Assembly: GCA_008632985.1 (NCBI GenBank)
Contig: QPGO01000075.1
Location: 126,517-190,516, forward strand
Length of the DNA stretch: 64,000 nt
Reading direction: 5' to 3'
From: Psammoneis japonica
Lineage: Eukaryota
In this document: positions 13,166-25,495 of the stretch, piece by piece
How positions within the stretch are numbered: position 1 is the first letter of the stretch
Layout of the letters: every line of letters starts with the position of its first letter
Program-made: the position numbers and the translations under genes
Notes under the pieces: generated by a model
What the model was told of the DNA's origin: nothing
What the model saw: the letters and a program-made list of their open reading frames with translations, nothing else
Database searches by the model: none

Positions 13166-13554
13166 AATTGTGCTGGTAAAGAACGTAACAGTAAAACAGC
13201 CCTGTGATGAGACGATAGTCTTTCAAACTGACTTCAGGTTGCATTCATTGGCTCTCACCTTTCTCCAAATCGAGTTCCGCGTGTTATGATACATTATTTC
13301 TTTTAATGGCAAGATGCATTCGTCGCAGCGTTCGCATCCTTTGCGCGATCAACTTCACGAATCAGTCACGAGCCCATAGGGTTCGGGTCCATGGCCAGCA
13401 GGTTCGGGTTCCGCGACATCGTCCCTAAGTCGCCATTGCTTCGATGCACAGTGCACCTTAGGCACTTGGTACCCTCAAATCATCGCAAGCAGTCATAGAA
13501 GATTCTACCACTGAGAAAGACAGCATTCAGCATGCCTTGGAGCCAACATGAGTA

Positions 13555-14052
13555 TGGGGCTACGACTAGCATAAAATGCAATATGATATAATCATTGACA
13601 TATAAAAAACATTAGTATAATTTATTAATGACGTATATAAAAGAATGTTGAATGACTGCATATGACTTTTTGTGTAAGATTTGTACTGTTCTACGCACTT
13701 AACGAAAAAAATGCTGAGGCAATATATAAAATGACTCTTCTTAAGTACGAATTCAAATGAAGGTCATGCCCACGCCCGCCACGCCATTTAATCAAACATT
13801 CGAGCATAAATGAAGTAGTATTCAAAGACGGAGTTGACAAACGGAGTATCGACGGTTGAATGTGTAACATCTACAAAAGCATCTAAATAGTTGAAAAGTA
13901 TGGACTTTTGTGTGACATTTGTATATGTAACACATGTAAAAACTGCTATTTGTTTTGGCAGGAACCGTTATCATTAAATAAAGGTGTACATAAAATCCAA
14001 TACAAAATGTCTGACCGGTATAACAGGTACGTTTATGCTAGTCGTAGCCTCA
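13555..14052. mobile_element. MITE-like non-autonomous DNA element (about 500 bp, AT-rich)
   Basis: Terminal inverted repeats tggggctacgactagcataaa (13555-13575) and tttatgctagtcgtagcctca (14032-14052) have 1 mismatch. TA on both flanks is consistent with a Tc1/mariner-type TSD. The interior is non-coding and AT-rich. Confidence 0.75.
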
Positions 14053-14386
14053 TACAGTGGGAGATAGATTGAGACCACGCGAATCATCCACCGTACCGTA
14101 GAATCCTACGGTACGTATCGTCGTATTGGACTTAAACAGAGAAAGAGCGTGACAATGGACCTCGAGACCGGTCCCACAACAACCATCGTCTCGGTTGTTC
14201 TTTTTTTGACACGTCATAGTAGCTACTCTCTGCTAGAGAGTAGCTAGAGTAGCTCTAGAGTAGAGGTAAAGAGGGGAGCCCGCCGGTACAATAGGATTGC
14301 CCCATCACCGCTGTGATAAGATTGAAGGAAAGCGGATTTAACAACAGTTCGTGGCTTCGGTTGACACAGTACGATCTCTAGTAGAT

Positions 14387-15976
14387 CTAGCTTGTTTTTG
14401 CTTTCTTGGAACAGTTTTCATCGAAAGCTCTGTCTGATGTTGACTCGTCTTGGTCTTTCACCGTGAAGTTATCGTCTCGAAAGTCGTCCATAGAATCCGC
14501 AATCCTCAGTACTTCTTTTCGAAGTGCAAGCAGGCTTGACTTCTCTTCGAGTCTGACGGTGATACCGTACAAGGCTCGTTGTTGAGAACGGTCTAATTCC
14601 TTCTTTGACAGCAAGTATGCCAAAATATCCTTGTCCTTTACATCTGAACCTTGCAAGGGGAGTGAGTTGGTGGCGGGACAAACGATTGCTCCGTATTCTC
14701 TCAATCTTCCCTCAATCAATACAAGCAACGCCTTGCACAGTAACTTTCCCAAAAAGTAGTCTTGCAAAATTTCATTCCTGTCCAGCAGTGCAGGGTCGTT
14801 GGCGACGAAATCATCGTATACATCTTGAGGCAAAAAGAGGAGACAGCACAACGTTACCAGCTCATCAGTCAGTGGTGTTTCTGAACAAGAAATGGCAACA
14901 TTATCAGAAACGAGACTTGAAAAATCCCGATCGCGCATCTCGTCCAACGAAGGAACATCCCAGGTTTCGTCTGGGATTCGGTTTGTGTTCATGTCGCATT
15001 TCAATTTTGGAGCATAAGTTATAGCAATAGAGCCACATGCCTCTGTAATCTGTTCTCTCGACAGAATAGCGGGTGTCATTGCGGTTGATACCGTTCCATC
15101 CTTTGCGTGTTGTGTTGCAAGCCGAGAAACAAAGCCAAAGGTCTGCAAAAGCTGCCCTGACGTTAATTCATCGCCATACGAATGACAAATCTCCTGCCCG
15201 CCTTCAATGTCTTTTTCCGCCACCATGAAAAACGATCCATTGTTAGGATCGCGTTGAAGAGTTGTGCATTTGTTTTGAACGTCGTGGTTGAGCAAGTCAA
15301 TAAGAGGCAGAAGGAAGGGTCCATCATATGATTCGGTATCGTCATTGGTGACGGTTTCGGTTTGGTTCTTGTGATGAAAGCCTCGTGTTGAAAGACACAT
15401 ACATGCATCAAGAAAGTCCTCAAATCCATTGCTCGTATCGCCGATTGCGTTAGTAGCTTGCAGATAAGGGCGCACAGCAAAGTCGTATCGCCGTTTCAAA
15501 GTTTGTTCCTTTCGATCGGCCTGAAGCGTTTGGCCGAGAGTAGTCCCCGCCAAATAGCTCGATATTTCCTCGTCGGGCCAATTTAGAACAGAGTCATACT
15601 CGTAAGGCAACGAGTCGAGGTATGGTTTGAAATTAGTGCCGCTGTCATTGGCTTGTTCAGACACTGATGAGTTTTGTGCAGCTTTTCGGGCATGAAAAAG
15701 GCTAGAAATGCACCTCAGCCACGGAGACGCAGGTCGCTCCATCTTTTCAAGCAAAGGAGGCATAACTTTGCCACTCAGAGCAAGACGAGATGGAAGATAG
15801 ATTAGAGCTTCGCCTTTGCAAATGCGTTCTTTGGCAAAGATACCTCGTCTATTCGAGTGTGTGCAGCGAGAAAGATGCAAACTTGGATGAACTGACCCTT
15901 CATCTCGTCTTATCCAATCCACCAACGATTCAAACATATCGCTTTCCTCTTTGGTGATTTCAATCGCAACTGACAT
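14387..15976 (-). CDS. SET-domain protein lysine methyltransferase (SETD6/Rubisco-LSMT-like)
   Basis: 529-aa ORF with RRGIFA, PYLDSLP, LLPLIDLLNHD and GQEICHSYG SET motifs. Confidence 0.85.
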   Translation of the reverse strand: MSVAIEITKEESDMFESLVDWIRRDEGSVHPSLHLSRCTHSNRRGIFAKERICKGEALIYLPSRLALSGKVMPPLLEKMERPASPWLRCISSLFHARKAAQNSSVSEQANDSGTNFKPYLDSLPYEYDSVLNWPDEEISSYLAGTTLGQTLQADRKEQTLKRRYDFAVRPYLQATNAIGDTSNGFEDFLDACMCLSTRGFHHKNQTETVTNDDTESYDGPFLLPLIDLLNHDVQNKCTTLQRDPNNGSFFMVAEKDIEGGQEICHSYGDELTSGQLLQTFGFVSRLATQHAKDGTVSTAMTPAILSREQITEACGSIAITYAPKLKCDMNTNRIPDETWDVPSLDEMRDRDFSSLVSDNVAISCSETPLTDELVTLCCLLFLPQDVYDDFVANDPALLDRNEILQDYFLGKLLCKALLVLIEGRLREYGAIVCPATNSLPLQGSDVKDKDILAYLLSKKELDRSQQRALYGITVRLEEKSSLLALRKEVLRIADSMDDFRDDNFTVKDQDESTSDRAFDENCSKKAKTS

Positions 15977-16469
15977 GGCTGTTCGTTGCTACCTTAAGAG
16001 TCTACACTATCGATCCTTTCGCTCCTCGATACGGTAGATAATCGACAATAGACGACGACTCACGACTCCCAACCCTGTGCTCTACTGTTTTTATGTACAA
16101 GTACCGGTACGGTCGGTAGGATGTAGGCCCTGCTGTACGTACCGTACTGGTACACAGGTTACACAAACTATCTTCAGTGCGCTCGCGCGAGGAGTTCACG
16201 TGCGGTGTGACAATAGCAATCTTTCTCGCTGTAGAGTCATTTACGTAGAAATGTGTAGAACAGTACCAAGATAATTATTGAAAAGTCTGTCTGTCTGTCC
16301 TTAGTGAATTTTAACTTAGCGAAAAATGGACTTGACTGTTTTCTGATCAGGTGTATTTTTCTTCAACACATTTGCAAAAATACACCTGACCCGATAACAG
16401 TCAAGTCTATTTTTGCACAAATTGTGTGAACATAACAGTTTCAGTACAAAAACGTGTAGATTCCACAGG

Positions 16470-19400
16470 CGTCCACAGCTGTCCCATGCTTTTTGCGTCA
16501 CGGGTCATTTTCGAAAGATTCCTGTTGTGATGGAGATTGTTGAGTGAAGTGTTCACGATGCAGAGGAGGAAGTTGTCAAAGGGGAGAAGGCTTGTGGGAA
16601 CAAAGCAGACAAGAGGAAGGAGAGGGTCTCCTTCGGCTGCGTGCTTGAAGAGGCGTGCGCAAATGAGGAGGGCGTTGTGCGACCGATGACCGACTGACAA
16701 CCGCAGCCCGTGCCCTCACTTCCTCTCCATGGTGCATCTCTTCTTCTGTTTTTTGGGGCTCTCATGCTGTCTTTGGGAACTTGATCATGAGTTGCAAGAG
16801 CAGCAGTTGTTTTGCCATCTTCTTCACAAGCAGGTGTGTTGTCATCTGGAGAGACATGGTTTTCATGGTTGGCGCACATGTCTGGCCTGCCACAAGGCAT
16901 GGCATGGTTGCAACACAAAAGAAAGTGTTTGACTCGCTCAAGCATTCCAGACACTCACACAGGTCAATTGATGGAACACAAAAAGTTGCAGACAGCCACA
17001 GTGAATGATGAGAGCATGGAAAAACAGGTGCGCCCAAAGGACCCTGCAGAGTGCTTCCTGCTTGTGCCAGAAAAAAGCCTTCTTGACATGACAAGCCAGG
17101 TGGTGCACAAAACAAGGATGAGACAACCTGCAGCAAAATGGAAAGTGTGGAAGAAAAGAGGGTGGCAAAGAAAATGTTGTGATCTGCAGTGCCCACATTG
17201 CCTTTGTGACATGTGCTGCGAGTGGTTGTGTTTGCTGCAAAGATCAGATTTGCAAAATCATCTGTGTGACAGGCTTGCTTTTGGGCATGTGCTCACATCA
17301 GAGCAAAGTGCAAGCCTTTTGAGTGGCCCAACTCACATGAACATCAATTTCAAAGCAACGGGATCAAGAGACATGCTGAGCTGGGGCCACCCAGCTGCAA
17401 GCTCTTTTGCCTTTCAATGGTTGAACAATGCTTGTGTCACAAGTGCCCAGCCACCAGTGCAGACAAATCTCAGCGGCACACACCTGGGACTCACAGCCAA
17501 CAACCAGCAAAAAAATTGCAGTCTCTTTGTTTGTGGCAAAGCAACATCACAGAGCACAGAACTCAAAGAAAAAAGTTGTGCCATTGGCTGAGCCCAGTGG
17601 CACAATGCACTTGGGCTGGTGTGGCGTTGCTGTGCCCCAAAGATTTGCACTCAACACCTCATGCTTGCTTTTCCATAAAAAAGTGCAGTGGTTGGAAGTT
17701 GATGGTCAACTGTTGATGTCTTTTGGCCAAAACAAGGTCCTGCAACAGCTGCACAATTGCATCAGACACCAAACATGTGGTGTCTGCGCCATTGATGTGG
17801 AACCCAAAATCATTGCTTTGGACACCTCTTGACTCATTTCTGAGTGCAGAGGCAGCAGCGAGTGGGGAGGCAACCCATTGGAGGTTGCCTGAGTTGTCAA
17901 GCTGATTTTTGCAGGCTTCACAAGAAGCCTCTCTGCTGTCTCTGGTCTGTGGCCCAAGTGCATCAGCAATGAACTGTCCTTGACACAGGAGGTGTGGGGC
18001 AAACTTGGTCATTGTGACTTGCCATTCATGCCCTGCAGACCCCACAGCACAAAATTGTTCATCTGCAATGGTTGACATGTCATCGCCATGCACACAACTG
18101 GCAAGACGTTGCAGCATGGATTTTTTGCCTGCACAAAAGGGAAAAAGATCACTGTGAGAAAGGTGGTCCTGATCACCACAATGTGCCCTCTGATGTTGCT
18201 CATCAATGACTCTGCTCTCATCACTGCAGCAATGATTTCCAGCACTTGGAGCCTTGCAGAGAGAATTGCGTGTGCACACCAAGCTCCGGATCAACCCTGC
18301 TTTTGGGCTTCAATGTTGCCAATTGTGTTTGTTGACTCTTGCTGTTGCTCACATTCAATGTTCTTCTCTGCACGGCAGATGCTTCCTGCACTGTTGCAAA
18401 GCTTTCAATCTGCATCATTGGCAAACCACCACGCATTGTTCCATGCACATGCAAAATGATGAACATGGGCATCCAACAGAAGGCTTCTGGCCAGCTGTCA
18501 TCATTTGCCTGCCACTGGCAGCATTTTTTTGCAATTTGGCCCCAATCTTAGAAGCCTTGACCGCTTGAAAAAACATCTCTTTCTGGACAATGTGTGAACA
18601 ATTTAAGCTGTGCTCTGAATTGATTTGGTGGGAGCTCGCTTGTTCATGTGATGCAAGGTCCAACTGCTTGTGGCTCCTCAGGAACTTGCCCAGGATTGTC
18701 TTGTTTGGCATTGGAGGGTGGCATTTGAGCCATTGATTGATGCTTTTGGATGGTTTGATGCAGAGATTGAGTCAATTTGATTGTCACAAATGATTGCAAC
18801 AACAAACAAGGATTGCTGCACTTGCTTTTGTTTTTGACATGGAAAACGCTGTCAAAGAAAGAGCTTGCGCCTTTCCACATCAACTTTTTTGAATGTGATG
18901 TCCAAGTGTCATGAACACCTGTGCAGTGCATTTCACTTTTGACCTTCAAAACATTTGCTGTTGAGAAAGAAAGAAATCAAGCAAAAATTTCAAATGATGA
19001 TTGAAGGCATTGATGAAGATTTCTTGCTTTGGCACTTGCGTTGTGTGTGATCACAATGAGGTGTTGACACATTCTCCAGGTGTTTCTCATGCTTGGTGCT
19101 TGGTGTTGAAGGTTGCCTCTCCAACCAATCCCACAGTTGACTTGAGTTGTGTCTGTGTTAACAGCACTCTGTTGTTTGTTTCCAACCCATCACACTTGTG
19201 GCAGATGGGTGCAATTGTGCGTTTTTACACCCCTCAAAAATTTTTGCAGCCTGCAAACAGGCAACTTCAGTGTCACCAAACTGTTGTGTTGGTGCAGCAT
19301 TTGTGCAGAGGCAGCTGTGCCGCCCCTTTGGACAAACTCAGCAGTGGCTTCTGAGATGGAATGCCTCAGTTGATGAGTGGGGTCAGGCACTTGAGACATT

Positions 19401-20050
19401 CACAAAACTCATTTTTGGCATCAACGCTCCCAGGAAGGCCACTGAGCAGATCACCTGTTGCAACACAATGTGCCTGCAGATTTGTGGAGGCAACAATGTG
19501 CCATGGCTGCAAAACACTGCGGCATTGGAAGCCCCTGACAAGGCCATGGTCACAGCCACTGCCACATGATGCAAGCCACCCAGCAGTTGTGTGCGATGGC
19601 CATCATTTGATCTGTTTGGGGTGTTGGGTTTGGGACACCTGGCAGCAACCTGGCTCACCAAATGGTGGTGGGAGATGGACATCCACGCAAATGAACTTGC
19701 AGACTGGACAGCTGAGCACCCTGTGCTGCGCCAGCAAACTTGCAACATTGTGCTGAAGCGGAGTTGCGACCCTCTGGTTTTGCACACAGAGGCCACACTT
19801 CACACTTCACACCACCCTGTGCCCTTCATTCCCCGGTGCACCATCATTTGCCAAGCAGCTGAAGGTGCCGTGCACTGGTGCCTTACATTGCCAGCGGGGA
19901 TCCATGCCATGTGCCCACCAACCACAGCCCAAATCTGATTTTTTTTTGCTCCATCTGTTGTTGATGGTGGTGCTTGGATGTCCTGCTGTCATTTGGACAT
20001 TGACTCATCCCCAGACTCCTCCACCCATTCAAAATCGTGTCCTTTAACCC
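16470..20050. mobile_element. Degenerate unclassified repeat/transposon block, strongly TpA- and CpG-depleted
   Basis: Only about half a dozen TA dinucleotides in about 3.5 kb (by eye) and an excess of TG/CA. Dense overlapping Tyr-free, Cys/His-rich ORFs with no recognisable domain. Same composition as the copia region at 52.5-64 kb. Confidence 0.55.
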
Positions 20051-20489
20051 AACGTCTATCAACACAGGGGTGCGCATGTTGTGTGCTCCACACGTGCCTT
20101 TTTGACGGCACGGACATTGCCGGCACCTTTGCGAGGTTGGATGTGTCCGGCGTTTATTTATTTGGTGCGTGCGTGGGGGCGGTTTGGTCCGTTGCGCTCC
20201 CAAGGGATTATTGTCTGCACCGCGCGCCGAATGCATGGTACGACGGACGGTAGCGGTACTGTAGGGACAACCTCCCGCCCAACACTTGCGTCGGCTTTGG
20301 CAAGGTTTGTTCCCGATTTCATACTACAATTAACACAACAAAAACTATTTTAGTTTTCGCAATAAACTTCGTTATAACTTCTAGCCCCAAATGCGAAATT
20401 ACTCGAGCAGCATTAACTTCTGTTTCATCAGAAAATGCCAGCGTTGTCATCACAATTCCTTTCTCGAACGGGAAAGAACAAAATTAAGC

Positions 20490-22204
20490 ATGAAAGTATT
20501 CAGTTTTGCTCTCGCAGCCCTAATCTCCCTTACAATGGGGGAAGGCAAGGGGAATTCCAATGGCGTTCGTAGAAGGCGGCTTGAGATGACGGCACCATGT
20601 GTGTTGTATCTCAAAGAAACCAGGCACGATAACAATGGCGTCATTGAGCATCACAGCGAATGGACGTGCGAACTCCAAGGCACGGACATGGCTTCAATGG
20701 GCATGCATCAAATGTATGACGTCGACACCATGATTACTTCGGACATGGGCGTGGTAAGTGGCGGAACGTCCTTATACGTCGAGGGTGGAGTGTTTACCGA
20801 AGATGGCCGAATCGAATGTCCTGTCGGTGCTAACCCAGTCCTTGAATCGATGGATCATGGCCGACGTAACCTAGCGGTAACTACCGGTCAAAAGAGCATA
20901 TTGGCTGTCAGAGTCGACGCTGCTGATTCTTCAACTACAAGCAATGTCGAAACCATCCACGACGCAGTCTTCGGCACCCCCGGCGGCGACCAAGTCAATC
21001 TCGCCTCCCAATACAGTGCATGCTCTCATGGCCAGCTTAACATTACAGGGACGGTCGATACTGTCAGTATTGGCGAATCAGTTTCTGGAGCGAACAATGG
21101 CATCATTCAAAACGCAGTGAATGCAGCGCTTGGAAGCCTATCTAACGACTACGACCATGTCATGCTGTGTCTGCCGCCAGGAACTTCAGGAAGTTGGATT
21201 GCCTACGCATACGTCAACGGCGGACTTTCGGTTTACAACAATGAATGGTGCAAATTCGTCTCTGCTCAAATGCATGAGATAGGTGAGTGACCAGAGGCTT
21301 GTCGCGTCGATAGAAGAATCCAACATTGCTACACTTGCCTAACAAAATCCTGCTTCTTCTCTTTTCATGACAGGGCACAATCTTAATCTTGGTCACTCTG
21401 GAGAGTCGCAGGACTACGACGATCAAAGGTACGATAAAAACGGAAGTTGGATCACAAAGTTGATTTAACATGCTCACATTGCCTCTCACGCTGTGTACTT
21501 ACTCGTCATTTTTCTTCAGTGGTATGATGGGATACTCCTACGGTGAGAGTGATACGAAAATGTGCTTCAACGGCGCTAAGACCTATCAACTGGGTTGGTA
21601 TAGCGACCGGCACGTGACATTCAATCCTCTTGATGAATCTTGGAGCGGCCGGATGGTTGGTGCCGTTGACTACGGTGTATCCCAGGATGAAGCAATTGTT
21701 GTCAGAATAGTAGGGGATCAAGCCAAAGAATACTATGTCAACTTCAACCGCAAGACTGGCTTCAACGCTGGTACAAAAGAAGGTGCCAATCAGGTTCTTG
21801 TGACATCTCGTGCGCCCGGAACAGGATTCGCCGCCTCGACGCTAGTTGCAAAGTTGAACAACGGGCAAGAACACTCCTTCCCAAACTTTGGCGGCACGCA
21901 ACACACTCTGAACATCAAGGTCACAAATATTGACACGTCGTCGAGTCCTAGCTTTGCCGAAGTTGAAATCACGGGTGCGCATCCAGTCACGGACACCCCA
22001 CCCCCGACTCCAACCCCGATGCTCCCGGATATGATGACGCCGGCACCGACCTTGCCACCAACTCTTCAACCCACCATGGATCCTTCCTTCTGCAATACAC
22101 TAACAAGAAGACAGTGTCGCCGAAACCGAAGAGTGTGCCGTTGGAGAAGAGGGCGTTCAAAGTGCGGAATTCGAAGAAACAGACGTGGTCGCTTCAGCAA
22201 CTAA
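20490..22204 (+). CDS. Peptidase M11-like paralogue 3 (2 introns), Arg/Cys-rich C-terminus
   Basis: MKVFSFALAALISL signal peptide. Introns at 21283-21373 and 21429-21519 give MHEIGHNLNLGHSGE...SGMMGYS. MCFNGAKTYQLGW and a P/T stalk follow. Confidence 0.88.
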
Positions 22205-22306
22205 AGCCGTTACTTGCTCTCTGCTTTAGCTTAAACCACTAAAACGACCTTACTTCTTCGGAAAACAAATGAACGAAAACGTAGGATAGGACTAATTCAA
22301 TCTTGC

Positions 22307-23569
22307 TTATCGCCTCAGTCGGCCTTGCTTTTGTTTCTTTGCATCGTACTTTTTCTTGTGATACTTGTCGGAGAATCCTTGCACCATTGCTTGGTAGTTT
22401 TTGTCTTGTCGTTGCTGCACATTGGTCTTTGTCACAATCTGCACGACGTCTTCATCATCCAAGTTGTGATGAAGACCGCAACGCTGTGGCGAGTGTTTGG
22501 CGCTCTTTCCCCAGACAAGAGCATAGTTAAAGTCACGCAGCATTTGCGAGGAAACATTGGTACAGAGCGACTTTACGGTTGTGCCCCGACGAATCTGCGA
22601 CAGGACGACTGGTTCCTCCAAGTCTGGTGGCTGACCCTTGCGCTTGGTGTACACTCGCGTCAAGCCAAGATATTCCCACAACTTGGTCTTGAGCAAGTCA
22701 TCTTCCGAGGCTAATCCAATGTTCATGTGTTCATTGACACTGCCTACCATGCTGTGTGGCATGCGAGCAAGTTGATCAACCTCTTCGATGGTTACAGTGT
22801 CGATCTTGTTATAGAAGTACAGACATGGTTTGTACTGTCGGTTTCCTTGGATAACGTCCACCAGTTGGTCGACTGTAATGTCCTCTCGAGCAAGGATATC
22901 TGCGTTGGTGATCTTGTACTCTCGCATGATTTGCGTTGCTACCTTGGTTGGTTCAGGACCCAACTTCGTGAGTGGAACGGTCGAAGCAAATCGAATACCA
23001 CCCGTTTTCTTCTTTGTATAGGTCACATCAGGTGGACGCTGGTTGAGACGAATACCCACGGTTTCCAACTCTTGCTCCAGAATCTCCCTGTGGCGGTTAA
23101 GACCTTCTTTCCCGGCATCAAGTACAATGAGGATAGCATCTGCGCTTCTTGCGACCGCAATAACTTCTCTACCACGCCCTTTACCATGTGCGGCGCCTTC
23201 GATAATCCCTGGTAAGTCCAGAACTTGAATCTTGGATCCCTTATACTTTAGAGTACCGGGGATACAGGTAAGAGTTGTAAACTCATATGCTGCCGCTTCT
23301 GATTGTGTCGACGTAAGCTCTCCTAAGAGCGTCGACTTGCCAACCGACGGAAATCCAATCAGTGCCACACGCGCATCACCTAGGCGAGCAACGTCAAATC
23401 CTTCTCCGCCACCGCCTCCACCCGAACCGCCCTGTTGCTCCACGAGCAATTCGTTTCGTAGCTTGGCAAGCTTCGCCTTGAGCGTACCCAAGTGATAATT
23501 CGTCGCCTTATTCTTTTGAGTGCGGGCCATTTCCGCCTCAATCTCTTTAATCTTTTCCATAACACCCAT
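22307..23569 (-). CDS. DRG2: Developmentally regulated GTP-binding protein 2 (OBG family, TGS domain)
   Basis: MGVMEKIKEIEAEMARTQKNKATNYHLG, GFPSVGKS (G1), YEFTTL (G2), DLPG (G3), NKID (G4) and a TGS domain. Confidence 0.93.
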   Translation of the reverse strand: MGVMEKIKEIEAEMARTQKNKATNYHLGTLKAKLAKLRNELLVEQQGGSGGGGGGEGFDVARLGDARVALIGFPSVGKSTLLGELTSTQSEAAAYEFTTLTCIPGTLKYKGSKIQVLDLPGIIEGAAHGKGRGREVIAVARSADAILIVLDAGKEGLNRHREILEQELETVGIRLNQRPPDVTYTKKKTGGIRFASTVPLTKLGPEPTKVATQIMREYKITNADILAREDITVDQLVDVIQGNRQYKPCLYFYNKIDTVTIEEVDQLARMPHSMVGSVNEHMNIGLASEDDLLKTKLWEYLGLTRVYTKRKGQPPDLEEPVVLSQIRRGTTVKSLCTNVSSQMLRDFNYALVWGKSAKHSPQRCGLHHNLDDEDVVQIVTKTNVQQRQDKNYQAMVQGFSDKYHKKKYDAKKQKQGRLRR

Positions 23570-23811
23570 GGTTGTCTATTTCCTTTGTGGTTCTACGGTG
23601 TAAAGAAGAGAGCGGTAGTGTTGTGGGTTGCGGCGGTGTTTTATTGCTTTGCGCCGCCATCGTCTCGTCCGTCGTCCGAATCGATCGCGCGTTCGCTATT
23701 AAGGTTATGAGACAATAGGCCCGAGCACGTTGGGCGGGAACAGAACGAAACGACGACAAACCATGTACAGCATTGGAAGGATTCACTTCGTCATAGTTAG
23801 CAACATTAATC

Positions 23812-25032
23812 TTATGTATAAACTAGCTCACTTTGAAGAGCACTGGGTGTCCAATTATACACAAAGTCGTAAAAACCAGGCCCGACTTCAAATCGCGGAG
23901 GCTTGTCCGTGGTGGATTTATTGACCTTTCGTGTTTGGGTGCAGGATGCCTCGTGGATTCGCTCGACTCGCTCTAATCTCGCCTTCCAAAAGTCCTGCAA
24001 TGCTTCTATGATATGGTTTTGTCCCAAGAATATCACTCTTGATAGCTTGCAAGACAACTCGCAAGCGTCTTCAAGGCCTACGTTAGCACCTTGTCCCATT
24101 CCGGGAGTCATGGCATGGGCCGCATCGCCCACCAACAGCACTGGACCAGTTGACCATTGTTGTTCGACACTTGGCAAGTCATAGACGGCATTCTCGAAAA
24201 CAGCCTTCTCATCAACTCTCTCTAGGATGTTCATGGCATCATCTGGATAGCCTTCAAACAACTTGAGTAGACGTTCCTTCTTAGTTGCAGACATTGTCTC
24301 GTCATACCGTGGTTCTTCCATTCGAGCCATGGAGGTAAAGGTCAGTATTTCTGGCGCTGTTTCTCGAAAAGCAAACAGCTGTCCCTCAACCTGGCCTTGG
24401 TACGCCATGGAAACGCCCGTTGGAGGGCAAACGCCTCCGTCTAATTGACTTGTGTTCAACACACCGCGATACATGACCTTATCGTGATAACGCAGGTTTC
24501 GTTCGATGCCCCCAAGCATTTGAGTTCGAACAGCTGAGCGAATCCCATCGGCTCCAATCAGAACGCGGCACGTTTTCTGAATGCTTTCACCAGATTGACG
24601 AGACTGCAGATTTACAGTGACGGTCCCATTTGGTTCAACGCGATAAGAATCAAACACACATCCCAAGTGAAGCATGCCTTCCCCAAGATCTTGAGACAGA
24701 TATTGTTGCAACAAATACCAGACTAAATACGAAGGCATGACTCTGGGTGTCTTGGTGACATCCATATCCATCACAACCTTCCCGCTAAGATCCTTGATGA
24801 CGTTGTGTCGATTCTCAACACATGACTTGTTCACCTTTTCGTGTACCGCATTGGATATCTCTTTAAGCGCAGCCAGGCCGTTGGGGAATAACCCAATCGC
24901 CGCACCAACTGGCTTGAGCTCTTGAGCTTTTTCATACACTGCTACGTTTTCGATACCCCGATGCATCAAACCAACGGCCGTGGCGAGTCCTACGATGCCA
25001 CCTCCAATCACAATTACATCATGATCAACCAT
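23812..25032 (-). CDS. FAD-dependent monooxygenase (salicylate hydroxylase / zeaxanthin epoxidase-like family)
   Basis: GGGIVG Rossmann motif, LIGADGIRS (DG motif) and LVGDAAHAMTPGMGQGANVGLEDA (GD motif). Confidence 0.9.
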   Translation of the reverse strand: MVDHDVIVIGGGIVGLATAVGLMHRGIENVAVYEKAQELKPVGAAIGLFPNGLAALKEISNAVHEKVNKSCVENRHNVIKDLSGKVVMDMDVTKTPRVMPSYLVWYLLQQYLSQDLGEGMLHLGCVFDSYRVEPNGTVTVNLQSRQSGESIQKTCRVLIGADGIRSAVRTQMLGGIERNLRYHDKVMYRGVLNTSQLDGGVCPPTGVSMAYQGQVEGQLFAFRETAPEILTFTSMARMEEPRYDETMSATKKERLLKLFEGYPDDAMNILERVDEKAVFENAVYDLPSVEQQWSTGPVLLVGDAAHAMTPGMGQGANVGLEDACELSCKLSRVIFLGQNHIIEALQDFWKARLERVERIHEASCTQTRKVNKSTTDKPPRFEVGPGFYDFVYNWTPSALQSELVYT

Positions 25033-25495
25033 TTTTTGCACAATAATTCTTCCTACAATGTCTTTACGTTTCGAATAAAAAATGCGCTTTTGTAGGCCGC
25101 TGCTAATGCTCGCTCACATCGCATGTTCATGCCTTTTTTCGCTCAATCAAAGTTCACCTCACTTCATCTCGCGATCTCAATCGAATCTTGGATCTTGATC
25201 GCATCGCGCGACGAACGGAAATTGAAAGGCGAATTCCCTAACTAATTCTCACGTTGCACGACTCAATTTGTCCAATACACACGTTTCTACGTATGTGAGT
25301 GCCAGGCTTCACATTCTGAATTTTTGTTGCGTTGCGAGTTCACGGTGCTTTTTTTCTACGCGCGAAGCGACACAGTATGGTTTAAGCCCATAACCTCAAA
25401 GAGTGTCTGGACTCGCGAAAAAGGCGAGAATAAAACACCATGGCGGCACGGCGTTCATGAATACACCGTCACTGGGAAAATATAACAGGGTTAAG

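Noticed and set aside
16199..20226. Possible terminal inverted repeats (cgtgcggtgtgacaata versus reverse complement cgcgcggtgcagacaata) around the depleted island
   Set aside because: The match is short, gapped and imperfect, with no TSD found. It is not enough to define element ends.
16400..20250. Dozens of overlapping Cys/His-rich ORFs on both strands (also at 52.7-60.7 kb) resembling novel metal-binding proteins
   Set aside because: They follow from TA loss (fewer TAA/TAG stops, no Tyr) and TG/CA excess. There are no coherent domains apart from TE remnants.
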